DNA from: a virus
Taxonomy: Duplodnaviria; Caudoviricetes
Virus record (IMG/VR): IMGVR_UViG_3300031867_000038
Coordinates: 1-64,000 of that record
Length of the DNA: 64,000 bases
Strand: one strand, 5' to 3'
The position numbers and the translations under genes are program-made. Below are positions 20,105 to 31,215 of this stretch, in pieces. The notes beneath the pieces are model-generated. The model did not search any database, was not told the origin of the DNA, and was given only the letters and a program-made list of their open reading frames with translations. Position 1 is the first letter of the stretch; every line of letters begins with the position of its first letter.

Positions 20105-23100
20105 CAGTTTGTCCATACCTTTTTGATGTAATCTCAATATTTTGCCCATGAACATCTGTTATTTTATATAATGTATGTCCAGGTGTATTATTATAACGTT
20201 TTGCTACGAACATATCATCTCTTCTAAACCCTGTTACCATAAGTTTTGTGCCTCGTACAAACCAGCCTTTTTCTTTAACCTTTTTAGTTCCATCAGGCTG
20301 TGGTTCACTAATCTGTCTACCATACAATGCATAGAACTCTTTTGTAAATTTGACATTAACAACTCCTGTTTGAGTTAATAATGAAATACTATGACGACTA
20401 TCATTTTTACTAATTACAGTGCCTGCAATTCTAAACAGATTAAAGATTGGAATTTGTTTATTATTTCGTTTAAAGAAATAATTAACACTTGGTTCAGAAG
20501 ATAATGTATTAAAATCAATAATACCATATTTTTGTTCATTTACATGCGTAAGCTCATGTTCATGATAATAAAAACATAATGCTTCCATTTCCCATGCAGA
20601 GATTGTACCTTGCGCATATTTATTCCAACATTCCATAAACAATTGCTGGTTATATGCATCTAACATTTCTTGCTGATGCTTTTGAAGATAAGTTCGTACT
20701 TTATCAATCTTTTGTTTATAAACTTTATCCCAAACAGTTTGCTTAATAAAATACTGACCATGACTAATTTGTACGATATCTAAAAGATCAGGCACTTCAC
20801 GTTCTAGAAATTCATACATAATTTCATCAATTCTATAATACTCTTCAACCTTATCTTTTTTACAGAATTTATTAAATTTAAAAATTTTCTTTTCAAAATC
20901 TAATTCTGCTGGGAAAAGATTACGTTCAATTAATCCATTAACATTTTGAAGGTTAAGTTTTGATTTTGGTTCACTTGCAATCAAAAGATATTGAATCATT
21001 GTAAAATATCTTGGTTCACATTTAAGTTCTGCGGCAGCCGCCTTATTCAGCGTGTCAAACGCCCCCGCTTTAATCAAACTAATCATCGCTGTTTTTGTTA
21101 ATGGACATTTACGCATAAAATCTTTAAATGAATAATATGGTCTATTTGCAATAATTTTTTCTATAATTGGCGCTCCAACTCCTGTTAAAGCTTTCATACC
21201 AAAAAGAATTTGATTATTTTCTTCATCAGGTTCAAAACCATATGAAGATTTATTTATATCAACGAGTGAAACTTTAATACCTGATGCAATAATTTCACCC
21301 AATGCTTTTGCTAATTTACTATAATCTGTACTAGCTTCTTTCTTTTGAACTCCAATGATATCTCCATCATCATCTTCAAGATATTCATTATCATCATTCT
21401 CCAGACTTCCGCTATTTACAATCAGACATGCTGTATTCCAATAAATTGGATTCCAATTTGTTGCTATATATGCAGTTTGATATCCAATAAATGAATATGC
21501 TAGAGCGTGGATGACTGAAAAACTATAACCCATTTGTGGACCAATTCCAGACTTCCATACATATTGACCTAACGCTGGAGATTTTGCTTGAGTTAAAACT
21601 TTTTCTCTTAAAGCTGGAATTTTATCCATTTGTTTCTTACCAACTACTTTTCGCGCGGCATTTGCTTCGGCCAGCGTAAACCCACAAATATTTTCATCCA
21701 TTAACATTTGCATCAATTGTTCCTGGCTTGGCGGCACTCCATATGATGATTTAAAGTACGGCTCAAGAACCTGGACTTCCCGATCGGTTAAACCTGCGCC
21801 CGCCATTTCATTATACCAAAGTTTAATATTATTCTTAAACCTGATATACTTTTCCATTGGAGTTTCTTCGCCTTGTTCACTTGTCATCAAACGCATTAGT
21901 CCATTTGCGTCCGTAAGCTCTAGAATATTCTGCGGCTTAATCTTCTTTGCGGCTTGCGCCCCCACATCTGAATCAAACTGAAATACATTAAGAATTTTAC
22001 CAGTTTGAATATTTTTCCATACATCATCTCGATCAAGAGGAATAACATTAGGATGAAGGTATTTATTATAAACTTCTCTTAAACTTAAATCAGATTCAAT
22101 CTTATTATTCTCTTGAAGGAATTTAATTGCTTGTGCTAATTTATCTTGAACTTCTGTTACTAGAAAGTCATATTTTACATAACCTAAATATTCTGCATCA
22201 TGCAGATCATATGCTGTGATAATTTCACCTTTCGGCGTTCTCATATAAGATCCAAATTCATACGGATCTTGATCATTCATAATAATTCCAGAAGCATGAG
22301 AGCTACGTTTATTAATAAGATTTTCGATACCCTGCATAATTTCCAAAAGACCTGGATAATTTGAAATCTCATTAATAAATAAATCAACCTTGCGGCGGCC
22401 CTTTTCAGAATTACCCTGGACTACATCTTTTAATGGCCATAGAAATCCTCTTTCTTGTGGAACTAGAGATGATAAATACTGTGCTGTATCACTATCAATT
22501 CCATCTGGGTACTCTTCAGATCTATAACCACGGCAAGCTGTAAGAATTGTTGATTTAGTTGTTTCTGTTCCGAATGTTGCTACCAAAACACAACCAAGAT
22601 TATTACGACTTAATTCATCAATTTCTGGATTAAAATCTTTGCCACGCTCTTCTTTAATTTTACGGATAATTGTAGATTTCTTTGATGGACAAAGATCTAT
22701 ATCAATATCGCCAAGCTCTACCCTATCGCGATTTAAATATCTCCAGAATGGAAGACTCCATTGAATTGGATCAAGTTGTGTAATCCCAAGTAGATAATGA
22801 TTGAGTCCACTACAACTAGACCCACGGCCGGCACCGACCAAACTCCCGCAATCCCACATCATATCAATATAATGTTGAAGAGTTATAGGATATTTAAACA
22901 TATTAGTTTCAAGTTTTTCACTAATTGTTTTCTTAATATCTGCTTCTTCTTCAAGACGGGAAAGATATGTGTTGTTATCTTTATTTAAATTTTTTAATTT
23001 AATTAAACATTCATTAACCCAATATCTTTCATATTTATCATCAGAAATTTTCATACTAGATAAAATAGGATATTGAGTTAATGATTGGTCTTCCCACTTG

Positions 23101-24038
23101 AGATAATCTTTAACTTCAACAGATGGAATTACTTGATGATGTGCTAAATCATATACTTCAATTTTATCAAAAATCTCCATACTGTTTTTACACATCTGTT
23201 CATATTCAGATGCAATAGATGGACGAAGATTATTTAAAATATCTTCTTCAGATTGAAGATATGCATATTCATAGAATGAATCAACTTCACGATCGCCGCC
23301 TTTAGAATTCAAATATGCTTTATGAACATATCTATCTTCTCTTTTGAGATAGTGAGCATCTGTACCTATTATCATTTTAATTCCATATGCGGCGGCTATA
23401 TCTTTAAGTTTTAAATTAACTCTAATCTGTTCAGCACTAGCACCTGGCGCACACTCAATATAAAAATCATCACCAAATAATGGTTTAACAAAATTGATAA
23501 AATTTTCAATTTGAAGATATGCAGTCATTGCGCCATTTTCATCACCTGTTTGCCTGGCTAACACCATGTTATTCACAGCAGATGATAGCTCCCCGCCAAG
23601 ACAAGCCGATGTTGCAATTAAATGTCCTGGCTGCGCCCGCACAACTTTTTCTAATTCACTTTTAAGAGTTGGGACTCTTTCCATACCACGATCATGATAA
23701 CTTTGCATCCATGCTATTGAACTTAATTCAGAAAGTTGCCTATGACCTATTTTATCTTTTGCAATAAGAATAAAATGATAATAAGGCTGACTTGGTTTAC
23801 GTTCATCTACTAAATAAATTTCATTTCCTAATCCAATTTTAAAATCAGGATGCTCTTTCTGAAGTTTATTAAAAATAACATGACTTGACAAACATTCGTG
23901 ATCAGTTATAGTTAATCCTTTTAATCCAAGCTCTAGTGCTCTTTCAATTAAATCTTTGGGTTTATTAATACAATCGAGTAATCTAATATTACTGAAATGA
24001 CTATGACTATGTACCTCAAAACGGTCTGACACTTTCAT
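20097..24038 (-). CDS. dnaE: DNA polymerase III alpha subunit (family C)
   Basis: PHP domain (HSHSHFS, TDH, TDAHY), GRGS, DIDID, SSHASG, KYDFL, GYSFSVIHALAY, C-terminal OB fold. Confidence 0.92.
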   Translation of the reverse strand: MKVSDRFEVHSHSHFSNIRLLDCINKPKDLIERALELGLKGLTITDHECLSSHVIFNKLQKEHPDFKIGLGNEIYLVDERKPSQPYYHFILIAKDKIGHRQLSELSSIAWMQSYHDRGMERVPTLKSELEKVVRAQPGHLIATSACLGGELSSAVNNMVLARQTGDENGAMTAYLQIENFINFVKPLFGDDFYIECAPGASAEQIRVNLKLKDIAAAYGIKMIIGTDAHYLKREDRYVHKAYLNSKGGDREVDSFYEYAYLQSEEDILNNLRPSIASEYEQMCKNSMEIFDKIEVYDLAHHQVIPSVEVKDYLKWEDQSLTQYPILSSMKISDDKYERYWVNECLIKLKNLNKDNNTYLSRLEEEADIKKTISEKLETNMFKYPITLQHYIDMMWDCGSLVGAGRGSSCSGLNHYLLGITQLDPIQWSLPFWRYLNRDRVELGDIDIDLCPSKKSTIIRKIKEERGKDFNPEIDELSRNNLGCVLVATFGTETTKSTILTACRGYRSEEYPDGIDSDTAQYLSSLVPQERGFLWPLKDVVQGNSEKGRRKVDLFINEISNYPGLLEIMQGIENLINKRSSHASGIIMNDQDPYEFGSYMRTPKGEIITAYDLHDAEYLGYVKYDFLVTEVQDKLAQAIKFLQENNKIESDLSLREVYNKYLHPNVIPLDRDDVWKNIQTGKILNVFQFDSDVGAQAAKKIKPQNILELTDANGLMRLMTSEQGEETPMEKYIRFKNNIKLWYNEMAGAGLTDREVQVLEPYFKSSYGVPPSQEQLMQMLMDENICGFTLAEANAARKVVGKKQMDKIPALREKVLTQAKSPALGQYVWKSGIGPQMGYSFSVIHALAYSFIGYQTAYIATNWNPIYWNTACLIVNSGSLENDDNEYLEDDDGDIIGVQKKEASTDYSKLAKALGEIIASGIKVSLVDINKSSYGFEPDEENNQILFGMKALTGVGAPIIEKIIANRPYYSFKDFMRKCPLTKTAMISLIKAGAFDTLNKAAAAELKCEPRYFTMIQYLLIASEPKSKLNLQNVNGLIERNLFPAELDFEKKIFKFNKFCKKDKVEEYYRIDEIMYEFLEREVPDLLDIVQISHGQYFIKQTVWDKVYKQKIDKVRTYLQKHQQEMLDAYNQQLFMECWNKYAQGTISAWEMEALCFYYHEHELTHVNEQKYGIIDFNTLSSEPSVNYFFKRNNKQIPIFNLFRIAGTVISKNDSRHSISLLTQTGVVNVKFTKEFYALYGRQISEPQPDGTKKVKEKGWFVRGTKLMVTGFRRDDMFVAKRYNNTPGHTLYKITDVHGQNIEITSKRYGQTDE

Positions 24039-24066
24039 ACCTCACTTCGATATTTTTTCTATATAT

Positions 24067-24095
24067 ATTATATCATAAAAAAAGAAGTTTGTCAA
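24067..24095 (-). promoter_or_regulatory. sigmaA-type promoter for dnaE operon, -35 inside a 15-bp inverted repeat
   Basis: TTGACA-N17-TATAAT with TG extension; repeat 24081-24116. Confidence 0.8.
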
Positions 24096-24098
24096 GTT

Positions 24099-24578
24099 TT
24101 ATTGACAAACTTCTTTATAAATTAATTCTATATAATCTGCTAAATTATATGAAAGAGTTGCTGGCATAATTATAGGTAAATTACTAGTTAAGATTTTTTT
24201 AATATCATTTTCAAAATAATTACGAATTCTTTCTAGAGCTGCAGAATTCTTTTTAGTTTGATTTTGGTTAAATCTTAATTGAGCTCTACCCTTCCAAAGA
24301 TCCCACCATTTTAATTGAGGTATAAAAATACAAACATAGACATCTTCTAATGTATTTTGTTCAAAATAATTTATAACATCACTATGAGTTGAAACAAAAA
24401 CGATTCTTCTCTGTCTTGCTAAAGAAATTGCAGTATCACAATAATCCATAAACCAGCAGGGATTATTTTTAGTAAAACAAGAACTGTCTAAGTCTATACA
24501 AAGCTGAGATTTTTCAGCTACAGAACTTTTTCCAATACACGGATAACCGCAAACTATAATTCCTGTTCTTTTAGACAT
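24099..24578 (-). CDS. Small P-loop NTPase/kinase-like protein
   Basis: IIVCGYPCIGKS N-terminal Walker A-like motif. Confidence 0.55.
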   Translation of the reverse strand: MSKRTGIIVCGYPCIGKSSVAEKSQLCIDLDSSCFTKNNPCWFMDYCDTAISLARQRRIVFVSTHSDVINYFEQNTLEDVYVCIFIPQLKWWDLWKGRAQLRFNQNQTKKNSAALERIRNYFENDIKKILTSNLPIIMPATLSYNLADYIELIYKEVCQ

Positions 24579-24580
24579 TT

Positions 24581-24862
24581 TTATACCTTAAGGATAAATT
24601 CCTTATCGCTAATTGATACTTTAAAATCTTCTTCTATTATATCATTACGAAAATAATAAATGCGTCCATAATATTTTTCAATATTATTACGAAATTCCCA
24701 ATAAGCATCTTCACCAATAAAAAATTCAGCATCAATCAAATCATAAGGACGTTTTTCCATATAAGTACGATTAGAACAAATAATCATACATTCTTTTTCA
24801 TATGCTAATTTAGTATGTAAATATTCTTCTTCTGAAATCTGCTGTTTAAAAATCATCTTCAT
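24581..24862 (-). CDS. Hypothetical protein
   Basis: 93 aa. Confidence 0.55.
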   Translation of the reverse strand: MKMIFKQQISEEEYLHTKLAYEKECMIICSNRTYMEKRPYDLIDAEFFIGEDAYWEFRNNIEKYYGRIYYFRNDIIEEDFKVSISDKEFILKV

Positions 24863-24883
24863 TATAATTTTACCTTTTATTAT

Positions 24884-25516
24884 TTAAATAGTTGGACTCT
24901 CTGGATCTAAGTCATTTGCTTCATAATAAGCAGCTTCACATTCGCAATGAGAATGATATGGTGGATCTTCAAAGCCTTCTGCTAAGTGTACTTCTCCATC
25001 GGCATAATCATAACATATTCCTGTATCACATCTAGCACCCGATGATTTAAAAATTTCAACGTATTCAACATTTGTTTTTTTCTTGATAGTCGCAGGGATC
25101 ATATTATATTTTTCTGTATCTAATATGACTAACAATCTATTAAATAAACTTTGTATTTGTTTTGGATCATCATAGATAATAAACCAATTTTTTATACGAT
25201 CTTCAAATGTTGTGCCATCTTTTTGAAATAAAATATCTTGTAATTCAATAGGCTCTGTATTAGAATAAGAAGAAAAAATTTCTTTTATTTTTGTTAAAAT
25301 TATAGATAAATTTTGTTCAAAAATTGTATAAAATAATTCTATAGTTTTTTCTGGATCATAAAATAACTTTAATTGATTATAAATCCATTCTCCTTCTTGA
25401 TCTGTAGTTTTTGAAAGCTCTGCATAAATTTCATCAATTTCTTGTCTACGTTTAATTTTTACTTTTTCATTTATATTAATAATAGGTTGCGATTGTTTAT
25501 AATGAATTTTTTTCAC
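24884..25516 (-). CDS. Hypothetical protein with gpF/gp7-like Cys-His motif
   Basis: C-terminal CDTGIC...PPYHSHCEC. Confidence 0.5.
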   Translation of the reverse strand: MKKIHYKQSQPIININEKVKIKRRQEIDEIYAELSKTTDQEGEWIYNQLKLFYDPEKTIELFYTIFEQNLSIILTKIKEIFSSYSNTEPIELQDILFQKDGTTFEDRIKNWFIIYDDPKQIQSLFNRLLVILDTEKYNMIPATIKKKTNVEYVEIFKSSGARCDTGICYDYADGEVHLAEGFEDPPYHSHCECEAAYYEANDLDPESPTI

Positions 25517-26694
25517 TGTTGTATAATCACCAACTTTTCACTAGCTCTTGTTGCTGCAGTATATAACCAACGTGCATGCTCTTCTTTGTTCCAAGGGAAA
25601 TTTTCTTCAATAACTAGAATCTTATCCCATTCACTACCTTGAGCCTTATGACAAGTAATAGCATAGCCATATTCAAATTCACGAGGTATAATATCTCCAA
25701 TACGGTGTCTAGCTTTACCAATTTTATATGAGTCGCGCCAGTCACAACATGGTTTACCTTCAGTTAAATATTGATAATCTATTTCAACAGCAGGATACTC
25801 ACTATCCTCCGTTACTACTTCAGCTTGCAGAATATCAAAACGTTTAACCGTAGTATAAAGCCAATATGGAATATTTCTAAAAGTTTTAAATGAATTTTTT
25901 AAATATCCAATAGAACCGTTAATAAGAGGATCACCGTTCATATTTAGATCTTCCCAATAATTTCTTACTGCGATTACTTTATCTCCATCTTGCGGCGGCC
26001 CCTCATGGCCAGCGAGAGCGCGCATCCGCGTATTTAAAGTATTTCTAGTTACGTTTTTAGCACATAAGACTTGATCTGCCCAAGTAAGAACGCTATCCTC
26101 GCTAAGATAAATATTAGGTAATACTTTGATCTCTTTTCCATCTTGAACTTGGATAGGCTTCATAGCACGGATATCCATAGTTAATCTAATAATTTCTGAC
26201 TCTTGCGCTTGCCGCATAATTTCATCAAGAAAGATATGTGGATTGTCAAGAAGATGATTGTCTTGATCTTTATCTATTGGTGGAAGCTGAAATGGATCGC
26301 CTAAACAAATTATATATACTTGATGTTTAAAAAGTAAGTCCATTAATTTTTTAGGTGCCATACTAACTTCATCAACAATAACTATATCATATGGAATACT
26401 AGGTTTAGGTCTATTTATAAATCCCCCACCTGGTTTTGGGAAACTTTCATAAAGTAATCTATGTAATGTACTTACATTATCATTACCTTTTTTACGTAAT
26501 ACTTCTGCGGCTTTACCTGTAAATGTAGCAAAACAAACTCGATCTGGTGCTACATCTAGAGCTTCAATAATGAATCGTACTAAAGTAGATTTACCGCTGC
26601 CTGCATAACCACTAATAGTAGTATGCTTTTCACCCGCTCTATATCTAGCAACTGCAATTTTTAATCCTTGCTCCTGTTTAGGAGTTAGAACCAT
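25513..26694 (-). CDS. RecD/Dda-like SF1B helicase
   Basis: GYAGSGKS, ATFTGKAA, TLHRLL, VDEVSM, GDPFQLPP, RQA, YAITCHKAQGSEW, YTAATRA. Confidence 0.9.
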   Translation of the reverse strand: MVLTPKQEQGLKIAVARYRAGEKHTTISGYAGSGKSTLVRFIIEALDVAPDRVCFATFTGKAAEVLRKKGNDNVSTLHRLLYESFPKPGGGFINRPKPSIPYDIVIVDEVSMAPKKLMDLLFKHQVYIICLGDPFQLPPIDKDQDNHLLDNPHIFLDEIMRQAQESEIIRLTMDIRAMKPIQVQDGKEIKVLPNIYLSEDSVLTWADQVLCAKNVTRNTLNTRMRALAGHEGPPQDGDKVIAVRNYWEDLNMNGDPLINGSIGYLKNSFKTFRNIPYWLYTTVKRFDILQAEVVTEDSEYPAVEIDYQYLTEGKPCCDWRDSYKIGKARHRIGDIIPREFEYGYAITCHKAQGSEWDKILVIEENFPWNKEEHARWLYTAATRASEKLVIIQQ

Positions 26695-26728
26695 ATATAC
26701 ACATCCTTTTATTATTTCTTATGTGTAT

Positions 26729-26757
26729 ATAATACCATATTTTTCTTATTTTGTCAA
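26729..26757 (-). promoter_or_regulatory. sigmaA-type promoter
   Basis: TTGACA-N17-TATTAT with TG extension. Confidence 0.7.
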
Positions 26758-26842
26758 TTTCGGTTTAAAAAAATCCTAGACCACTTTTTGCTTCAAAGTT
26801 TCGGTCGTGTGCGCGGCGCTCAGCTTTTTCATTGCACATCTT

Positions 26843-29687
26843 TCAAAAAAAGTATTTCTTACTATCTACGACTTCATAATCTTCAATGAATAATTGTGGC
26901 GTAATATTTCCCATCCATTCATTTTGATTACATTTAGCAACAATATTTAATTCAATGTAACCTGTATTATTATATTGTAATTTAGCACAATCTAATTCAG
27001 TGGCCCTAAATAACATCAATGCAATTCCATCAGGCAAAGTAATTTTAATAGTATAACCTTTTTTATCATAAATAGTCACCATTTCAGGAGTGACTTTAAG
27101 ATTTTGAATTGCAATTAAAGCTTCAGGCAAATCTTTTCCCCATAAAGAGTCTAGGTTTGCGATGTCCAAAATAGCCTGCGGCCGCACATCTTTTTCTTCC
27201 CAAATATAATCAACATGATAAATAGCTTCATTAGGCATATCTTTTAAAAGTTCATCTGTCTTTTGAATAAACTCTGGGATTTTATCTTCATCAATACCTA
27301 AACCAAATGCTCCCTGGTGCGAGAGCCCCTATCCTTTTCAGGTAGGCCTGACTATTTCTTACTCTAGATTAATTATTAAATTAACCTAGAGAACCCCATT
27401 TCCAACTATGTATCAATAATAGCTGTACTTCCAATCTCACTTGGAATAGTCGATACAGGTTATTTAACGTTTTCTCAATGGATAATCTAAATTTTTTCGT
27501 TTATTATTTTGACCAAGATTAATAGCAGTTACTGTACTTCTAGCACATTCATATTTTTTAGCAATAGCATATTGAGATAAATTTGAATTAAGTAAATCAT
27601 CAATAATCATATCAGCTCTATCTCTTTGAAAAGCTCTGCTTGTTTCTTTTCTTAATGGATAAGTATATTTATCTCTGTGCCAAAGTTTACCACTTTGAAT
27701 ACGTTTTATACTCGAATAATCATATCCAGTTCTTTCTGCTATTTCTTTCAAAGGCATATCTGTATTTAAAATTAAATCAAATACTTCATTTATTACATCT
27801 TGAGAATGAGTTACAAATGGACTATTTTCTCCAATATGTAAAGGAGGATTTTCTCCTCCAGGAGTCATATTATATCCATTTTCAAAACTATCATAATAAC
27901 GAATCCAGTATTTTTCTCTTTCATTATAATTTTCTATATCAGATTCAATTACTTCAAAAGTAAAGTTTTCAATTCCATATTTATCAAAAGCATAATACAG
28001 TATTTTATTCTCATCTGTACCATATCCTTTAGCTTTATGTTCTTGAAAACGCCTTTTTGGATCAATCGTTTGTCCTATATAACATTTACCATTAATAGTA
28101 TTAGTAATTTTATAAATACTTTTTTTCATATTTGTTCTCCTTATTAAAAAATAGGAGAAAACGTTAAATCTTCCCACGAGATTTCCATATACATTTTCTC
28201 TCAAATATACTTAGGATTCCTCGTTAGCAAATTATTTATTCATGTCCAAAAATGGCCATGAAATTTTTAATTTACCCCGCTGATAAACGGAAAAAGGTTT
28301 ACTGGCCACCAATTCGACCAGTTGCATACCGAATACATTGGGTAGCTTCACAGATATCTTTAAATTCTGTAATGCCAACCGTATCACAGCCCCGCGCACT
28401 TCCTTGATATGAAATAAATTTAACCGAATAAGGTGGATCAAAAGGTGGATCTAATTTAATACAATCTCCATAAGTAGTAGGGTCAGATTCATAAACTTCT
28501 TCTACTTTTGTTAAAATACAACATGGACGTTGATATTTAGCCATAATTTTATTTGCACAAAGGCCAGCAATATTTTTATCAATTTGGCCTGGTTCCAAAA
28601 GAAAAAGAATCACTTTATGATCTAAAAGATTCTCATTTTCAATCTTTCGCTCTAATAAATCCATGCTATTATCTTGAGCTTTTGTTTGACGAGCTTTAAC
28701 ATTAGTTGCAACTCTAATAGCTTGTTCTACTATTGATTCCATTGCGCCGGCCGCATGTCCACGCTTAGTTGAAGGCACTTTTTCAAAAGCAAACTGTAAC
28801 AGCATAGATTTAAAAATTAATTCTTTTTCATCATTAGTACCACTACGTACAATAGCATTTACAAAAGGAGCTACATAAAAAGCTACACCAATTGGAGTCA
28901 CTTTATCTCCTATTGAGTATCTATTTTTTTCAATCATATATGTAATAAATGGATTACGTAAATTATCTTCTTTTAAGCCAATTTGAATAAGATGCTTTGT
29001 TTCAAAAGATAGCATACTCATCATATCCGCGCAATTCCCAAGTGCTACAAGATCTAAATATTTATTTGCAGTAGTTGTTCCCAATAAGTCATCTAAGTAT
29101 CTACAAAATTGCCAAGTTACTCCAACTCCAGATAATTCTTTATTTGGATAATCAGAAATTTGATTATTAATAACAAAAGCATAGGGGTTATTAATATCGC
29201 AAATATGATGATCTAAGATAATAACTAAACACTCTTCATTCCATAAAGCTTGACATTCTTGAATATCATTAGAACCTGCATCAGGAATAATAATTAATTT
29301 ATGCTCTCCATTTAATGAGCGTAAAATACTTTGAATATGATCGTTTAAACCATGCTGTTTTCCATCATGAATACGATATGATAGATGTGCGGCGGTCCAG
29401 TCTGGGAACATCTCATAGAGATAGTTATATATTAATGCGGCAGACGTAAAGCCATCACAATCTGAATCTACAATTAAGATTGCATCAATACCTAGATTGA
29501 TTGTAGTGATAAGGGTGGCCGCCGCATCATGTAATACTTTTTTACCAAAACCTTCATAAGAATTAATATCTGCGTTAGTTGTATTTAAATAATGTTCAAT
29601 ATCTTCTTGTTTAATTCCACGATTCGTTAAGATTTGTTCTATTGCATTATAATTTGGATTAATAGGTTTAATTAAACTATACTTCAT
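26843..29687 (-). CDS. recJ: RecJ ssDNA exonuclease, split by a group I intron (exons 29687-28317 and 27319-26843; about 615 aa spliced)
   Basis: DSDCDG, DAG, LDHH, GVGV, CADMM, GSARG motifs; splicing restores YATG|HQGAFG in frame. Confidence 0.88.
27320..28316 (-). mobile_element. Group I intron in recJ (997 nt)
   Basis: 5' exon ends ACUGGU pairing with GCCAGU (U.G splice pair); P7 GACUA/UAGUC; terminal G; frame restored. Confidence 0.88.
27464..28129 (-). CDS. Intron-encoded GIY-YIG homing endonuclease
   Basis: SIYKITN..CYIGQT..RFQEH..NFTFEV..EREKYWI..NGYN; RBS AAGGAG before ATG 28129. Confidence 0.88.
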   Translation of the reverse strand: MKKSIYKITNTINGKCYIGQTIDPKRRFQEHKAKGYGTDENKILYYAFDKYGIENFTFEVIESDIENYNEREKYWIRYYDSFENGYNMTPGGENPPLHIGENSPFVTHSQDVINEVFDLILNTDMPLKEIAERTGYDYSSIKRIQSGKLWHRDKYTYPLRKETSRAFQRDRADMIIDDLLNSNLSQYAIAKKYECARSTVTAINLGQNNKRKNLDYPLRKR

Positions 29688-29720
29688 TGTATCATTCTTT
29701 CTAATATTATTTCTAATAAT

Positions 29721-29749
29721 AGTATAACATAAAAAAAATGACTTGTCAA
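29721..29749 (-). promoter_or_regulatory. sigmaA-type promoter for recJ, -35 inside an 11-bp hairpin
   Basis: TTGACA-N17-TATACT; repeat 29738-29762. Confidence 0.75.
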
Positions 29750-29763
29750 GATGACAAGTCATA

Positions 29764-30849
29764 TTAAATAAATATCCTTTTATTAAACAATTCTAAAAAA
29801 GTATCTTTTCCTTGGTCTATGGGAGAATTTTTATATTTTAAAGTATACCCTTTATCAAAAATATATGAAAGCTGAATATATTTACCATATTTATTATATA
29901 GATTATACATTTTAGCCGCCCAATCTTTATGCTCTTGATCAGTTAATATTTGATATTGTCGATCTAAAGCAATAATTAATTCTTGAATACCAAGAGAAAG
30001 GAGTAAATTAACTTGATAAGAACTAATATTACTACCACAACATGCTACACTAATATCATTCTCAGATCCAAAATATGTTGCAAATTTAAGACAGCTTTTT
30101 TCTGATTCAAATACTATAGCTTTTTTAATAGCCTTTATAGGCCCAGCTGCATTATTTATATTATATAGATTTAAACTTAATGGGTGATTATACATACGTT
30201 TATTTATAACAGCTGGTCTATATTTACCTGTCGCTTCATATTCTTTAATTAATGTACGTTCTCTTATTCCGACCAAATGTCCCATAATATCAAAGTGAGG
30301 AATAATAATTCCATCACAAATGGGATCATAGCAGATGCCTCGTTCATCGCAAACACTTTTTGATATACCCTCTTTCTCCCAAGGAATGATGCGCGGGCGC
30401 GGGAAATGTAGTAAAATCTTATCATCAAAAATGGGGAGTCCGTCTGAGTTTTCATATCCGTATGATAACTTCTCTTTTGATTTTTTATTAAAATATTCCC
30501 AATCTTGAAGAGATGTTTGCCCTTCTAAAAAATCGTTTTCAAAATTTAATGAGAAGAAATCCGTGACAAAGGTCATTGCATTATATAGTGACCATTCTTC
30601 ATTTTGTAATGCTTTGATTTTAATAATTAATTCAAAAATATCAAAAGCATCATCCCCACAGTTAGTATAACATTTAAATAATCCTGTGTTAAAATAGTAA
30701 TATAATTTATGACTATCTCCGCCATGACAAATAGTTTTACAAATTAAAGTATCTTTATAACGACGAGGTTCCCCACCTAACTCAGTAAGAAGGTCTTCCA
30801 TTTGTGTAATAGTTAAACTATTTTTTATTTCATCTTTATCAAATTTCAT
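29764..30849 (-). CDS. dnaG: DNA primase (Zn finger + Toprim)
   Basis: ICHGGD..KCYTNC Zn-binding region, VFESEKS and ALDR Toprim acidic motifs, next to the helicase. Confidence 0.75.
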   Translation of the reverse strand: MKFDKDEIKNSLTITQMEDLLTELGGEPRRYKDTLICKTICHGGDSHKLYYYFNTGLFKCYTNCGDDAFDIFELIIKIKALQNEEWSLYNAMTFVTDFFSLNFENDFLEGQTSLQDWEYFNKKSKEKLSYGYENSDGLPIFDDKILLHFPRPRIIPWEKEGISKSVCDERGICYDPICDGIIIPHFDIMGHLVGIRERTLIKEYEATGKYRPAVINKRMYNHPLSLNLYNINNAAGPIKAIKKAIVFESEKSCLKFATYFGSENDISVACCGSNISSYQVNLLLSLGIQELIIALDRQYQILTDQEHKDWAAKMYNLYNKYGKYIQLSYIFDKGYTLKYKNSPIDQGKDTFLELFNKRIFI

Positions 30850-31187
30850 TGAACTTCATCGCTATGTAAATATTCTTCATAAGCTTCAGGATCTGGCATC
30901 ATGGCTATATGTTCATAATCATTTAAATTAAAATCACACTTCCCTTGGACACAATCATTGATATAATCATAAATATATTCTGCATCAGTTAAAATATCTA
31001 TAGGCCCATGATTTATAATAAACTCTTCAATATAATCTAAATTATCTTGAGTTTTTCCTACTCCCTCAGACCAACTATATAATGCTTTTTCTAAATCTAC
31101 ATAAGTTTTTTGTAATTCAATATATGCCTTCATTACACAATAAAAATAACTTTTTTCTTTTTCAATCATTGTTTCTTTTTCAATCAT
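30846..31187 (-). CDS. Hypothetical acidic protein
   Basis: 113 aa, AGGAG RBS. Confidence 0.55.
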   Translation of the reverse strand: MIEKETMIEKEKSYFYCVMKAYIELQKTYVDLEKALYSWSEGVGKTQDNLDYIEEFIINHGPIDILTDAEYIYDYINDCVQGKCDFNLNDYEHIAMMPDPEAYEEYLHSDEVQ

Positions 31188-31215
31188 TTTGAGTAATCTC
31201 CTTTATAATAATTAA

